Source of the DNA: Lama guanicoe
Taxonomy: Eukaryota
Length of the DNA stretch: 64,000 nucleotides
NCBI GenBank assembly: GCA_013239625.1
Contig: MU055609.1
Span: 22,607,688 to 22,671,687, forward strand
Direction of reading: 5' to 3'
Position 1 is the stretch's first letter; each line of letters begins with the position of its first letter. The translations under genes were made by a program, and so were the position numbers. Positions 21,101-35,252 of the stretch are shown in pieces. Under the pieces are notes generated by a model, which did not search any database, was not told the origin of the DNA, and was given only the letters and a program-made list of their open reading frames with translations.

Positions 21101-24100
21101 TGAGTTGCTCACCACCTAAATGCGGAGACAACCTGGGACAAGGATCATCACACAAAGTGGAGAGGTGGGAGCACCACAGCTTCTTGGCTGTGTGGCCTTA
21201 GGCAAATTGCACAGCTCTCTGAGCCTCAGTTTCTTCATCCATACAGCAGAGATAATAATGATCTTGCTTCACAGGGTGAGGTGAAGATTAAGTGAGACGA
21301 CTCAGGTAACAGGTGAGGATGGAGCCTGGCACGTGTAATAGGTTCAGGACAAGTTCTCTACCAGCTGCTCTGGAACAGAGTTGAAGGAGTGATCAGTTCT
21401 TCCTGGGAAGGGGTTCACCAACGAGATGATGTCTGGGCTTTGAAGGATGCACAGGAGTTCCTCAGAGGGAAGAGGGGAAGGGATGGAGGAGATACAGCAG
21501 GAGCAAAGCCCTGGTAGGGTGGGGGCAGAGTTAGGGTGTCGGGCGCCCAGAGAAGACCCTCTTGGCCCGTTGTTTCCTGTGTGTGTGTGGTGGGGGCAGG
21601 GATGGGAGAGGTGGCGGGTGGTAAAGCAGGAAGTGTGATGGCTTAATGTAGCTGACAGTGGGAGCCACAGCAGGTCCTAGAGCAGCACTGTATGTGATGT
21701 GGAGGATGGCTATTCTGCCTGGTGACCCCTGATATCAGACAGGGGAAGGGGAGGAGCAGTAGTGGAGTCTGTGCTTCAGGACTCACGAGGGGGCATCAGT
21801 AATCCTGACACCCGGGGCTCTGCAGCAGGCAGGAGGTCAGGGCTCAGCACACAGCAGGGCTCGCTGAGGTGAACTCTTTTCCCTTGTGTAAGCCCCTCAC
21901 TTCACAGACGGGGAAACAGGCTCAGAGAAGGCAAGTGACTTTTCTAGGGACATGCAGCTGGCCTTGCTCTGGGACCCCAGGGGCTGCCTTTGCTTGGAGG
22001 TGGAGAGGGAAGGGGAGGAGGAGGGTTACCCCACAGAGGGGGCATGGATCCAGGGGTCTTTGGGGTGTCTGTGTCATGACAGTGAATTTAAGGTGGTTCC
22101 TCCTCAAGGAGGGAATGAAAGAGGCTCCGCAGAGGAGGGTGGAGGGGAATTCTCTGTGACCTCAGCCTAGGGAGGGGTGAGGAGGGAGTGAGGAGGGGAC
22201 TCAGTTACTCTCTGAGAGCCCAGGCTGCGGTGTCCAGGAGAGAAGGTTGGGGGCTGCTGGGGTCTGCTCTCCCCAGGGTGAGTCCTGCATTGGCCAAAGT
22301 GCCCGGGGTACCAGGCTGGCACTGTCCTCAGCTCCTTGACTCTTCAAAGTGCCCTGGGAGGATGTGGCTGTTACCATGTTTCTAGTCAACGATGGAACAG
22401 CTCAGAGAGGGTCAGTGACCTGCCCAGGGCCTCCCAGCTGGTGAGCACCAGGTCCCGGGTTTGGCTTGAGTCTGGGCTCACCTGCCTGAGGGGCCTCGGC
22501 CTCCTTGCCTTCTCCCTCTTACTTTCCACCTATGTGTTGTCCTCCCTCATCTGGAGCGTCCTGTCCTGCAGTTTCCAGAACAACTTAACCTTCTTGCCCC
22601 AGGGCCTTTGCACTGATTATTCTTTCCATCTGGACAGTTCTTATCCCTCCACCTCCTCCTGGCAGGATTAACTCCTGCTTACCCTCAGGCCCCAGGGCAG
22701 ACAGCCTTCCTCGGGGAGCCCCCTGACACCCCAGGCTGGGTTAGGGTGCCCCTCTGGCTCCCACACCGCCTGTGCTTCCCCATCAGATTGCACTGAATCC
22801 TCATCATCTGTTCCCCACGGGCCTGGGGGCCTAGAGGGCAGTGACCGTGTCTCCGTCCCCATGGTTGACACAGGGCCAGCCTCCATCTTTTGGACAAGTT
22901 TCCTGACCACTCGGAGCCTCAGTGTCCTCTGTAAAAGCAGTGAACTCCATCTCCTAGGATCGCGGTGGGATGAAACGACACGGTGCCAGGTGCCCCCAGC
23001 AGTGCCAGCTCCTCAGACACCAGCCTCACCCCTCCCTCCCGTCTCACTTCTTCCCAGCCTCACCTTGGCCTCTGATGGGGCCCAGGGCTCCTCTCCCCTG
23101 CATGGCTCCTCGCCACCCACCTCCTCCCTACCTTCAGAGAAAAGTTAATTAGGAACTTCCTCCAGGACTCCCATCTCCTGAAGTTCTGTGCTTAATTAGC
23201 AGATCCTGTTCTCAGAGGAGTTCCAAATGCAGCCTTTCTAGCCCTGGCGAGGGTGAAGTGCGGTGATGCCCGCCTTCTCCCTGACAGTGTTTCTCTCTTT
23301 CTGCTCTCCCAGCTTTTTGTCTCCCTGAATCTGAGTCAGTTTGACTGCCATGTATATTTGGAGCTAAGGGAGCGAGTGATTAGGCCTTACAAAGAGTCAC
23401 AGACAAGGGAAGTGATGCTCGGAGAGGGCAGGCCCTGGTGGGAATCACAGAATTCAAACCATTAGCTAGCTAATTCACATAAAAACATGTATCAAAGTCC
23501 AGCTGTGTCCCACAATGTGGAATGCCCCCAATTTAGTAAAATCCAGCATTAGCTGAGGTCCTTGAGTGAGCCCACTGAACACCTGTGTGCGGAGCATCGC
23601 CTGGCACTGGGCTCTAGGTGGGCTTCCGCCACATGTGGATTATGTTCATTCTCACGGCCACAAGGGCAGGAGCACTGTCATCCCTGTGTGACAGAGGAGG
23701 ACGTGAGCTCTGAGAGGTGAAGGAACCCAGAAAGGCTGAGGGCCACTGGACTCCAAGTCAAGCGCTCTTTCCAAGAGGCTGGAGATGGAGTCAGCCACTA
23801 GGAGTGGGGCGAGCCCCTGGCAGTGGGGGCACTGTTTGGACAGGAAGGCCCCGAGGCTGGGATTTACGGGAGAAGGACAGGCCCCTCCCTGCACTCACCT
23901 CACTCCTGGAGGGTCACTGAGGCTGGGGGATTCTGCCTCAGAAACATCCCTTGAGCCATTTTGGGTTTGGACGTGGGCTCTGCTGCTTAGTGGGGATGAC
24001 TTCGGATGTCTCCTCAGCCTCGCTAAGCCTCCGATTCCTCACTGGAGATGCTCAAACTTATCATCTGGGGGCTGGGAAGTTCTGATGAGGAGCGGATGTG

Positions 24101-25212
24101 ACATCCCCAGCACAGAGCCTGGCACACAGCTAATTAACGAGTCAATTCACTCCTCCCTCCTCTACTGGGGAAGCCTCTAGGGGCGTCTCAAGGTGCTCCT
24201 GTGGCCTGTTCCCCAGCGGGGATGGGGATACCAGTGTCCATACCCAGAAGCCTGCATCCTTAAGCTCCCAGAGCCATCCATACGCTGACAGTGAGGTTCA
24301 GAGATAAATAAGGCCTGATTTCAGTCCTGCATCTCCCAGGCTTGGCTGCTCCCTGGCCCCCCCACTTCCCAGGGATAGAAGGTACAGTGTTCCAGTGTGT
24401 GCTGACCATTCAAGCCCTGGAGGGTACCTGTTGGCCTCCTACCAATGTTTAAGTCTTGCTGTCCCATCAGACAGGGGAGAGACACAAAGAGATAAATAAA
24501 TCACAATGTAGTTAAAAAGGACCTATGTAAAGGAAGCTACATACTTCAGAAGCAGAAGAGATGAGCAGATTTACTTTTCAGGGATGGGGGAAGACAGCAG
24601 GGTGTTCCAGAAGAGAAAAACTCTAATCTGGGTTTTGCTGGATCAATAGGAGTTTGCCAGGTGGAGGAGGAGGAAAAAGGCACCTTGAGAAGAACAGAAT
24701 GCACAGAGGAAATGGGAATCGAGTGTGGTTCAGGGTAGTAGATCAGCTAGGGGAGAGAGTGGGCCAGGTCAAGAGGGGTCTCGAATGCCAGGCTGAGGGG
24801 GTCTCTGCCTGTTTCTGCCCCTCCCTATCTGCTGCGTATTGATGCCAGCAATGGGCTGTCTACCTGGCTAGGTCCAACCCCTTTGCCCTGGCCACTCTTC
24901 CAGACCTGTCCTGGCCACGCGTGCTGTTGCCTGTGGGTCAGTCCTGAGCCGACAGCACTGGTGGAGGCTCGGGTGCTGGAGGGCCTGGGGTAGATCAGGT
25001 GCGCAGTGCCAAGAGCCGGGGCTCTGGAGCCACAAAACTGGGGTTCAAGCCCCCAGTTCCCTCACCGACTCACTTCTCTGTGCCTCCCCTGTGACTTGGG
25101 GAGTCATGATGCTGCTCCCAGGATGGCGTTTCGTTCACAGAGATGGGACGGCCGTGAGAGGAGCAGGCTGGGGATGGGGACAGTCAGGAGCTCAGTCTTG
25201 GGTGTTGAGTTT

Positions 25213-25313
25213 GAGATGCCCATTAGACAGCTGGGAGGAGATGTCTGAGATGCCCATTAGACAGCTGGGAGGAGACGTCTGAGATGCCCATTAGATAGCT
25301 GGAGGGAGACGTC
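25213..25313. repeat. 34-bp tandem triplication inside an L2 fragment
   Basis: Unit gagatgcccattagacagctgggaggagaYgtct starts at 25213, 25247 and 25281. Flanks match L2 (gttgagtttgagatgcc...gggagtcgtcag). Confidence 0.9.
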
Positions 25314-28300
25314 GAGAAGGCAGCTGGACTGAACAACCTGGGGTTTCAGGCTGGAGGAACACCCTTGGGAGTCGTCAGTGATGGGACCCAACTGAATGAA
25401 GCCTTGGGACCCTCTGGGTCCATCTAGGGAAGGGGAGCAGATAGAGAGGAGAAGAGCTCTGAGCCTCCCCACCCCTCAGAGCTGTGCGTAAGGCAGAGAG
25501 CTGTCCCCTCAGCGGGTGCTGAGCCCCTCCTCTGGGGCCCTCCCTTTCCCGACCTGTCAACCAGCCACCGGCTGAGCTGACCTCTCAGGAACCCTTCCTG
25601 GAGCAGATGCTGAAGATGTCGCCTCCTCTCCCTCCTTGCCACCTCCTTCTGACACAGCGGGTGAGGGCAGCAGGCCCAGGGGCTCCAGGCTGCGACTCCC
25701 ACTCCTGTCCTGCGTAGTTAGGCCCAGGTTAATAGTCAACCAAGGATTCTCCTCCAGTGCCTGTGCAGAGCCCCCCTCCCCAATTCAGGCGGTAAGGAGA
25801 GGAGACGAGGGGGACTCTGAGGCATTGCTGGGTTCTCAGGTGGGGAGGGCCGGAGGACTGTGGAGTGTGTTAAAATGAACAACTAGGCACTGCCACGTGG
25901 ATAGGAGTGGGGGCAGAAGCACCCAGCGGACAGAAGCTCTCCGGCCTCCCTGTCCTTGCTCATCTCAGCTCTGACCCCACCTCCCCCTGCAGCCCAGGAT
26001 TTCCTCTTCCCAGGCCACCCAGTAGACTGAGGACATCCAAGGCTCCCAGGCCTAGATCCCAGTTTGTTGGGTCAAGAGTCCCCTCCTGGCCCGACTAGCT
26101 CGGGCCAGAGGGTGTGGTCACGTATTGCAGACTCCTTGGAGCCCAGAGGAGGTAAGCGTGCCTGCTGGGGGTGGAGGATGATTCCTGGAGGAGAAGAGGG
26201 GTCGCTGTGAGTCGGGTGGGCATCTGGGAAGGGTTGCAACAGCCCAGAGTTGACACCGGTGAGCCAGGGGTTGGTAAATACATGGGAGCTGGTTTGACAG
26301 AGAAAGGGAAGAGGCGGAGGGTGTGGGGTTTGGAGGGGGTGCCTGTGACATTGTGGAGGTGGGAGAGCTGCCCTCGGCCTGCCCATTGCTGCTGTGGCGT
26401 TTCGTTTTGCTTCCCTTCTCAGACGAAGTAGAAACGTCATCTTCAGAAAGCGCCTTAATAGTTTACCGTTGTTCACTTTATTTCTTTACTTGATGATTGT
26501 TGCTCTTTCCCACGTGACTATCAGTCCCAGGAGGTGGGACCCTGTCTTCATCACTGTGGTCCCAGGGAAGCCCTGCTGGGCATGGAAGGCGCCCAATTCA
26601 TGTGAGTGGAGTGAATGAATGAATGAATGCTAATGGGGAGCAGAAGCCTCAAAAGGGAAGGAAGTAATAACCCTTGGTTTTATGTTTTATTCAAGCAGTT
26701 GTAAGTATCACCATCCTTAACAACCATGAATCTTCATCGCACACCTGGTAAGTGTCAGGCCTGTGCTGAGAGCCTTACACCTGTTTTCTTATTTGACCTC
26801 CAATCACAGCAACCTGGGAGGAGGTGAGGGTGCTCCCACATCTAACAGGGGAGGGTGGGAGACCCTCGGGTGCAAAGTGCCCCAGGGGCCTGTGGCTGGT
26901 GAGGAACAAAGCTGGGACTTGAGGCCCTGCCTGGCTCCAGGTCCCTGTCAGAACCACACGCCGTCTGCCCTACTGTGTGCAGGTCCTGCCCTGGGGCTTG
27001 GAGATGGACAGGCCGTCTTGCGCCAAGAGGGTCCCATTGTGAGTCAGGGAGACCGAGTCGTACAGTGAGTAATGAAGGATGTCTTCAGTGGTTCAGCTGT
27101 CTGGACCTCATTCCACCAAGGCCCAGACTGGGGCAGGGGCTTGCCTGTTGGGACAGGGCCTCCGGGTCCTGCAGGAGGAAGGAGTGAGGTGAAGCGGTGG
27201 GGAAAGTCAGAAGCTCTGGGTGGGTCAAGTGATGGCTGTTCACCGAGGATGCTGGGATCCAGGGACTTGGACCCCAGGCTGCAGTCCAGGGCCCAGCACA
27301 GCCTTGGGCAGGCTGCCTGGTCATCTGTGTGGGCTCCAGGGAGATTAGCGAGGCAGCCACGTGGGGGTGGATGGAGGGGAGAGACGGTATGAATTTGGGT
27401 CATGTTGACATGATGTGGAGGCAGGTGGTGGAAAAGAAAAAAAAATTACAGAAAAGCGCAGCAGCAACAGCCCTGCCTTGGCAAAGTGTCAGTCAGCAGG
27501 GTACTGGGTCTGTATCAGAGACCTAGAACTTTCTAAAAGTGAGGTGTTGTGATGTTGTCACTTTGTAGGGATAGAGAGGGGGCGGAGGGCCCAGGGCTGG
27601 CCCTAAAGTCACAGGAAGGGATGGAGGCAGCTCGGTCCCTGTTCTCCCTGGGAATCCTCCTGCCGTCTTGGGAGGGCTGACAAAGGTCTGTGGCTGATCA
27701 CCTCACAGCTGAGAGGGGCTGGGTGGCAGCAAAGGCCCCCAGGCTTGTCTTGGCTGCCTGGGGTTAATGGCCTCATTTCCCAAGTTCCCTGCATCCTCCG
27801 GAACGTAGACCCCTGACAGCAGGGCCTGTCCGGTTGTTCCTGACTCTCCCCACGCTCTGCACGGTGCCACATGGATGAAGGAGCAAATGTCAGCCCCTTC
27901 ACCTTCCCCCACACCCACTCTAGCGTGTTCCCAGGGCGGGTGACTTAGCCTATAGTACGAGGTTTCACGGCTCAGCCAGCGCCACACAGCACCCAACGTG
28001 GGCTGGCACTCAGGTCCCTGGGCCCTCAAAGTGGTTCCAGAGAATGAGACATGCTGCCCCTGCCCTGCTCGGGTGCAGGCTCTGGGGACAGAGCATGTCT
28101 GGGTTCAAACCCGGAAGCTCCTTCTACAAAGCGTGTCATAGCGGGTGACATCTTAACTGCTCTGAGCGTCAGTTTCCCCTTCTGTAATCTACTGCAGAGG
28201 GTGCTCGTGAGGGTTAAGTGAAAATAATGCGCATGGAGCGCTTAGCACAGAGCTGGGCACGTGATAGGCAGCCAAGGAACCGTGATGTTGCTATTATTAT

Positions 28301-29699
28301 TTAGCAGTTGTTGTTTATTGTGACGGTGTCTGTGGTTCCAGGCCTTGCCTGTCCTGTCCCTGCTGAGTTCCTGGGACCTGCGCTGGCCTGGCTCACAGTA
28401 GGTGCTCAGAAGCCACTGCCAGTGGCCGGGGGTGCAGCTGGATGGGCCTCCCTGATGCCTTTAGGGACAGCAGCAGAACCACGTGACTCTCGAAGCAGGA
28501 GCAACTTTGTGGAATCCTCAGTCTCATCCCTTCGGCTGGGATCCATTTCCTTATGGATTCAGCGACTTAACGTGCCAGCTGGGCTCTGGCAGAGCCAGCG
28601 GCAAAATGACAAGGAGCCAAGGTCTCGGTGCCCTTTGCTCCGGCTTTTATCTGCCTGATTTCACGGGGCTGGCGCCCCGGCCGCCACTCAGCTGGAGAAA
28701 TGTCCAAACTGTGTTAAATCACAGGATGCAGGCAGGCGATAGCAGAGCACTTGTCACCCACCTCTGCTGGTCTCTCTGGTCCTGAGCCCATGGCTCATTT
28801 TACCTGCATTTTCCCATAATCACAGTCTTGGAATTGGAAGCAGTTTTCTCGAAATGAGAGCTGGTGGTGGCCGGGCACGTGCACTCACATGCTGCAGCCA
28901 GCGGTGGCTCCACAAGTTTCATGCCGGACAGCACCTGGGGTGGAGCGCCCAGCCGGGCGGACAAGTCACAGGCAGCTGTTGGGCTGAGCTGCTTTCTCCT
29001 TTAAGTCTTTATAAGTTTTTTAAAACATGGAAGTGATGCAAGCTCCCTGTAAACATCCAAGCATTGAAGCAGTGTGTATTTTAAGTGTCCTGTTTCCCCA
29101 GCTCAAAACCCACTTCCGGGTGAAACACTGCAGGCATCGATGACAATGAACTGCCTGAAACGTGCCTGCTGGTTCAGGCTTTTGGATTTGCTATCCTCAG
29201 TCCTGCCCTGCAAGGTAGCTTCTGCTGTTCTCCCTTTTTAAGGACAGGCAAAGGGGCTCAGAGCTGCAGAGGGACTCCCCCAAGACCACTTGGCTGCTTT
29301 CAGAGCAGGGACTGAACTCGCATCTGAGCAAGAGCGTCCTCTCACGTCCCTCCGCTCCCTGTTAGCGGCACGGCACATGTCTGCTTTTTCCCTGAGTGTA
29401 TAATGACTTCTCTCTTTTTTACAAACACAGGGTTATACTCCAAGCATCATTTGGCAGCTTGCTTTTTTATTTTCAGAGAGTATTTTCCTACGCGGCTCTG
29501 GCTCATTTCTTTCTTTTTCAGCAGCTGCCCAGTGTCCTTTTGTCAGAAGCTGGTTCTTTTCAGGTGAGCGTTTAGGTTGTTTTTGAGTTTTCTGCTCTTG
29601 CTGGCAGTGCTGCGATGCACATAACCCCCTGACTTTCCCCCCAAGTATTCACTTTGACAATGTAAGTGCTTTCTGCATATTTCTCTTTGTCAGATAGTT

Positions 29700-30200
29700 G
29701 AACAATGTAGACAAAGAAAAACTTCCCTGGGCTACCCTTCTTCGAAACTCACCTCTGTATTTCAATCCCTTCTCCCTAGTAACCACTGTTATCAGAGTGA
29801 CATATAATCCTTATAGACTCATTTCTATGCACTTACATACATACATATGCATGTGTTTTTGCTATGGGTGTTTTAAAAAACATAAAAGGTATGCAATATG
29901 CATTTTGGTGCATCTGGCTTTTTTTTTCCATTAATAAAATCCCAGACATCTTCCTATGTCAGTACATAGATAGCCACCTCATTCTTTTTAACAAGGTCAC
30001 ATGTCATGTTCTGTGACATGGATGCTTCATCTTTTTTCTTTTTTTTAAACCATTGCCCTATTGATAGATATTTAGGTTCCTTCCACTTTTTCCTCTCCAT
30101 AAAAAGTACTGCAGGAAACATCCTTGTGAATGTCTCATTGTGTGCACATGGGAGCATTTCTGTAGTATCAGTCCCCAGAAGTGGAATTGCTGGGCTCAAG
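29700..30200 (-). mobile_element. Old L1 (L1M-type) 3' region
   Basis: Minus-strand ORF 29954-30199 (PAIPLLG...FTRMFPAVLF...KWKEPKYLSIGQW) is a degenerate L1 ORF2 C-terminus. Confidence 0.8.
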
Positions 30201-30749
30201 GCTTTGCCAAGCTGAGTCTGTGTGAGGTCACAGGAGGCTGGGCAGGATGTGGGCTGTGGATTCCAGGTGGCTGTTTACTGCAGGCAGCATGAGGCAAGAC
30301 GGCAGGGGATCTGGCCTTTGCCTAATAGTCCACTTGCTGTAGCCATGTTTTTGGACAGCTCTTGGTGACCCTGCCAACTCCAGTAAGATCTCTGCTGGGC
30401 AGCTATTTGGACAAAATTGTCAGAACAGCCGTGTGTCACAAAGCCCCACATACTGTCTGACTCTTTCTCTCCTCCTCCTTGTACTGACTGGAGGGTGGGC
30501 TGATCAGTTGCGTTGGTGGTTTTTAGTGTGTTTCTACCAGTTAGCTCTAGGAGCGATCAGGGGGAAAGGGGCAATAAACTGTTCAGGTACCAACCATTGC
30601 CTGGACGTGGGTCTGTACTTTTGTGTTTGCTTGTTGGTCACGTACTTGTCGTTGGTTTGTTTTTAACCTGCTCACTAGCCTCCCTCATGACCAGGTCATG
30701 GCACAGATTTTCCATTTTTGTCCTCCCTTCAATTATAGTTCTTTGGCCC

Positions 30750-31200
30750 CCAGGCTTCCCAGTTAAGATCACAGGGATGGGTGTGTGACCCTGGCTGGCC
30801 AGTCAGAGTACTGCATCCCTAAGCCACAAGAATTGGCTCAGGGCTGGTCAATCAAGCTTTTCCCTGGGATTTGCTGCTGGAGTCTATGGAAGAAACTCCC
30901 TTCTGCCCTTGGAATCAGAGCTCAAAGTAGATTCTTGGGGTCACCCTCCCTGGCCTCGTGGGGCACGCCCAGGTGTAGTGGAGAAGCTGAGGCCATTTTT
31001 TCAGAAAGAAGCAGAGAGAGATGAGACATGGTAGACAGAGTGTCCTGGGGATACAAGATCCTGCTTCTGGCCATTCTTCTTACTGCCCCAAGAGCTCCTG
31101 AGCCTCTTTCCCAGCCCTGGGGGCAATCAGCCCCCTTCTGAAGCCCTCAGCTGCTGGACTGGGGTCTATTGCTGTAGTCCAGAGTTCTGACTAATATTAG
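30750..31200. mobile_element. ERVL LTR16-like LTR
   Basis: ggccagtcagagtactgcatccctaagccacaagaattggctcagggctggtcaatcaag resembles recalled LTR16 sequence. Confidence 0.5.
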
Positions 31201-32249
31201 GGGTGGGCTCATGAAGTTGCAAGGGCTCTGGATGGACAGAAAGCAGGTTGGTTGGGTACCAGGGTTTTCTCTGACCCAGCTGCCTGACTTGAATATCTCT
31301 TCCTCCATTCTGTCCACTCTGTTTTCTGAAACTCAAATCAAACATGACACTCTATTTCTTAAAACTCTTCAATGTCTCCCCATTTTCCTTTGGATCATGC
31401 CCAAACTCCTTAGCCCACTGGGGTGGGCCCTGCATGGATTGGGCCTTGCCTGTCACCCATCACTGACCACACTTTAGGTTCTGGCCATCTTTCTGCTCCA
31501 TTCATAGGTCATCCTTTCTCTCCTCCGTGCCTTTGCACATGCTGTTCCTTCAGCCTGAAATACCTTTCCATTGCTTTTCTGTCTTACTGTCTCCCCTGTT
31601 GACTCCCTCCGAAGCCTCCCTGCTCCACTGCTCTGAGCCCCCAGAGCATGGCATTGTTCAGCTCTGTGGTCATTGTTTAATGATCTGTTTTCTTCAAAGG
31701 ACTCTGGAGCCTGTGAAAGCAAGTTCATGTCTATCTTGTTTGTTACTACCTTCATTGCTTCCAGCTTCCAGCATACTGTTAATAAATATGTGGGGAAATA
31801 ATCAATGAATGAGCCCCATTCAAGAGGCACAGGGTGTGATGGAAATAGCTCAAATTTGGAGCAAGACCAACCTGGTTTCTGATGCTGCCTGTATACTTCA
31901 CTATCCCTTGGCCAATTCCTTCACTGTTCTAAGCCTCATTTCCTGAAAAAGCAGATGGCAATATTATTGCCCACCTGTTGGCTATTGTGGGAAAGATAGT
32001 GAAGGTGATAGTGTTTGGAGAACTCGAAAGCATTTATTTTTTTAAGCTACTGGTCAATGATAATCAATAAACAGAAATTGTTGTGACAAATATGTTGGCC
32101 TTCCCTCCTCCCTCAGGTTGAAAATAACTAATACCTGATTTATAGGGGAGGAGAAAGAGAGAGGCACACACATCAAGAGCTATAACGTGCCAAATGCTCT
32201 TACTACAAGAAGCTGAACATACTAATTTTCTCCAGAAGGGGCTTCGGTG

Positions 32250-33350
32250 ACTTTCATTAGATTCATTGCTAGGTGTTTTATACTTTTTTTTTCCTCCTGT
32301 AAATATCTTTCTTTTTTCTTTTACTTAGACATGGAGGTGTAATTCAGCATAATATATCGATTTTGTATCGAATACACTTCTTTCTTTTTAATTTTTATTT
32401 TTGATTGAGGCATAACTGACAAATAAAATGGTAAGATATTTAAAGTATACAACATGATTATTTGATATAAATATAAACTGCTTGATTAATTCTATTTATA
32501 TATCTGTAGAATCTTTTAGATTTTCTCCACCATCTCGTCATCTGCAAATAATGACAGTTGTTTCTTCCTTCCACCTTTCATTTATTTTCTTTCTAACCTT
32601 CTGAGAAGTGGTGATGGAAGGTATTCTTGTCTTAGTTCTGGTTTCAGAGGGAAAGCTGTTTCCACTGCACCATAATGTGTGATATTTGCACTAGATTTTT
32701 CAGAGATGCTCTTTATTCTGCTAAGAAAGTCTAATTTATTCTTAGTTTGCTGGGAATTTACTTTTGAAAGGATACTGAATTTTATTTGCATCTGTTAAGA
32801 TATTTATGCTTTTTTCTTTTTTAACTTTTTAATGTGATAAAATCATCACACTAATTACTTTTAAAATGTTAAACTAACCTTGCATTCCTGGAATAATCCC
32901 AACTTGTCATGATATGTTTATTATTTATATGTTGATGGATTTCACATACTAATGATATGTTTAAGAACTTTGCATTTTTGTTCTGGAGTGAATTTGGTCT
33001 GTGATTTTCCATTCTTATATTGTGCTTGTCTGGGTTTGGCATCAAGATTCTATTAGCTTCATGCTCTGTGCGTGTTTTGGAAAGATTAGATTGATCTCTA
33101 CCTGGAATGTTTGAGAAAGCATGTTGCAAACCATCTGGGCAGGCGTCTTTGTGGGAAGATTTCTGCTTCTAATCCAGATTCTTTAATTCTTTCCTAATGT
33201 TATCTAATTATGCAGTTTTAAAAATGTCTTTTTGAGTCAGATTTCATAAGTTGTATTTTTACTGGAATGGGTCAGTGTCATGTGTTTTCAAATTTTTTGT
33301 CATAAAGTTTTTCCTGATATTTTCCTATTTATTTATTTAATCCCTGTAGC
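32250..33350 (-). mobile_element. Old L1 ORF2 (RT region) remnant
   Basis: Minus-strand peptides EANRILMPNPDK..MENHRPNSLQNKNAKFLN and ETAFPLKPELRQEYLPSPLL match degenerate L1 RT segments. Confidence 0.85.
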
Positions 33351-33764
33351 TTCTACGGTTGAAGTGCAGTGGCTGAACACACAGACTCGGAAGCTGATGG
33401 CTTGCATTCACATCCTGGGCTGCATGACCCCAAAGGGGCTGGAAGTAGCAGGGGCCGGAGGGAAGGAGCAGATGCCAAGCCCTGCCTTCTACCTTCTTCC
33501 CAGCAGAGGTCCCTGAACTCCTGTCAGGGAGCAGGATCAGGTGGGTGGCTAGACCAGCCTGGACTGTTCAATGCTGGCCAGTGGACAGGACAAAGTCCAT
33601 AGAATATTGGTCTGTCTGCAGGGTCTGCAGAACTTGGGGTCCACTTGGAGATCCTTGCTGGGTGAGGAGGGCCTTAGGTGGAGCACATTTGAAGGCAGAA
33701 TTGGGGGAGTATTGCATTATTTCTGTTTGTGCCTCCATCAAGTTCTGTCCATTTCATAGACTGG

Positions 33765-33766
<2 letters not shown>

Positions 33767-33809
<43 letters not shown>

Positions 33810-33830
33810 CATACACATATACATATATAT
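33767..33830. repeat. Compound (CA)n(TA)n microsatellite
   Basis: About 16 perfect CA units followed by TA/TACA, abutting an L1 tail. Confidence 0.95.
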
Positions 33831-33833
33831 GTA

Positions 33834-34298
33834 TTTTTTTTCAATTGAAATATAGTTGATTTATGATGTGTTAGTTTCTGGTGTATAGTATAGTGATTCA
33901 GTTATACATATATATATATATTCTTTTTCATTATAGACTATTACAAGATATTGAATGTAGTTCTCTGTGTTATATAATTAGGACCTTGTTGTTTGTCTAT
34001 TTTATATATAGTAGTTTGTATCTGCTAATCCCAGACTCCTAATTTATCCCTCCCCACCCCTCTTTCCCCTTGGATAACCCTAAGTTTGTTTTCTATATCT
34101 TGTGAGTTTCTTTCTGTTTTGTAAATAAGTTCATTTGTATAATTTTTTTGATTCCACATGTAAGTGATATCATATGATATTTGTCTTTCTTTGTCCAATA
34201 TTCTTCACTTAGTATGATAATCTCCAGATCCATCCATGTTCCTGCAAATGGCATTAGTTCATTCTTTTTTATGGCTGAGTAGTGGTCCATTGTGTATG
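33834..34298 (-). mobile_element. Younger 5'-truncated L1 (ORF2 C-terminus plus 3'UTR)
   Basis: ORF 34093-34290 (YSAIKKNELMPFAGTWMDLEIIILSE...DKYHMISLTCGI) is the L1 ORF2 C-terminus; T-tail at the left end. Confidence 0.92.
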
Positions 34299-35175
34299 AG
34301 GCATAGGGACTCCTATATGTCTCTCCCTCAACGCCTCAGATATAAATATATTTACCACAGGGCTATTTATAATAGCAAAAAAATGGGAACAATCTAAACT
34401 CAACAAGAGGAGTTTAGTTAAGTAAATTGTGGACCCTCTGGAATATTCCTCAGGTGATGGAGCATTGTTTACACTTCTACTGGATGGCAAATGCTTAAGG
34501 TTATAATATTAAATGTTTAAAAAGTCCTAGGATGTTAAATTATACATACAGATCAATAATAGCCATGCCCGAAAAACTGATTAAAAAATATTGAAAGAAA
34601 TGCAACCAAATGTTAAAAATACACCTTTGGGTGTTGAAAACACACATTAAAAAGAAAAGAAAAAACAAAGCACTTACTTTTTCTAATTACTAGTGTGCAC
34701 TGATGTCATTTAATTTAAAAATGAATATCGCTATTATTATTGTTTGTCTGACTAAGCAGTTAATAGACGCTTTCCCACGTTTCCCCCTGCCCACCGCAGG
34801 AAGGGAAATCTCTCATCTCCTCTCTCCTCCAGACTTCTTCAGGGGTTGGCAGTTTGCTTGTCAGACCTCTGGAGTCTTTCCTTTTTATAAGAATGAGATC
34901 ATATTTAACACATTTGTTCTCAACTTTCCTTTTCTCCTTCTAATTTGTCTTGGAAATGTCTCTCTGACAGCATTATAAATTTACCTCATTAAAAAAAACT
35001 GTAAAGAAAAACCAACCCCCCCAAAAACCTGTATTTCATCCCATTGTGTGAATGAGCCACAACTTATTAGCCAGTGCCCGCCCCCCACCCACCCTGCATT
35101 GATGGACATTTGGAGGTTTCCAGTTTCTTTCTGTACAAGCAGTGTGTACATTTCTCAGTATTTTTGTTCCCCCGC

Positions 35176-35252
35176 TTTTATTTTAAATAGAGTTACTGGA
35201 AACTGAACCCAGGACTTCGACTTCATGCTTTACCACTGAGATATTACCACCC
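35176..35252 (-). mobile_element. Degenerate tRNA-derived (vic-1-like) SINE
   Basis: gagttactggaaactgaacccaggacttcg...catgctttaccactgagatat resembles the reverse complement of the SINE at 59728. Confidence 0.55.
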
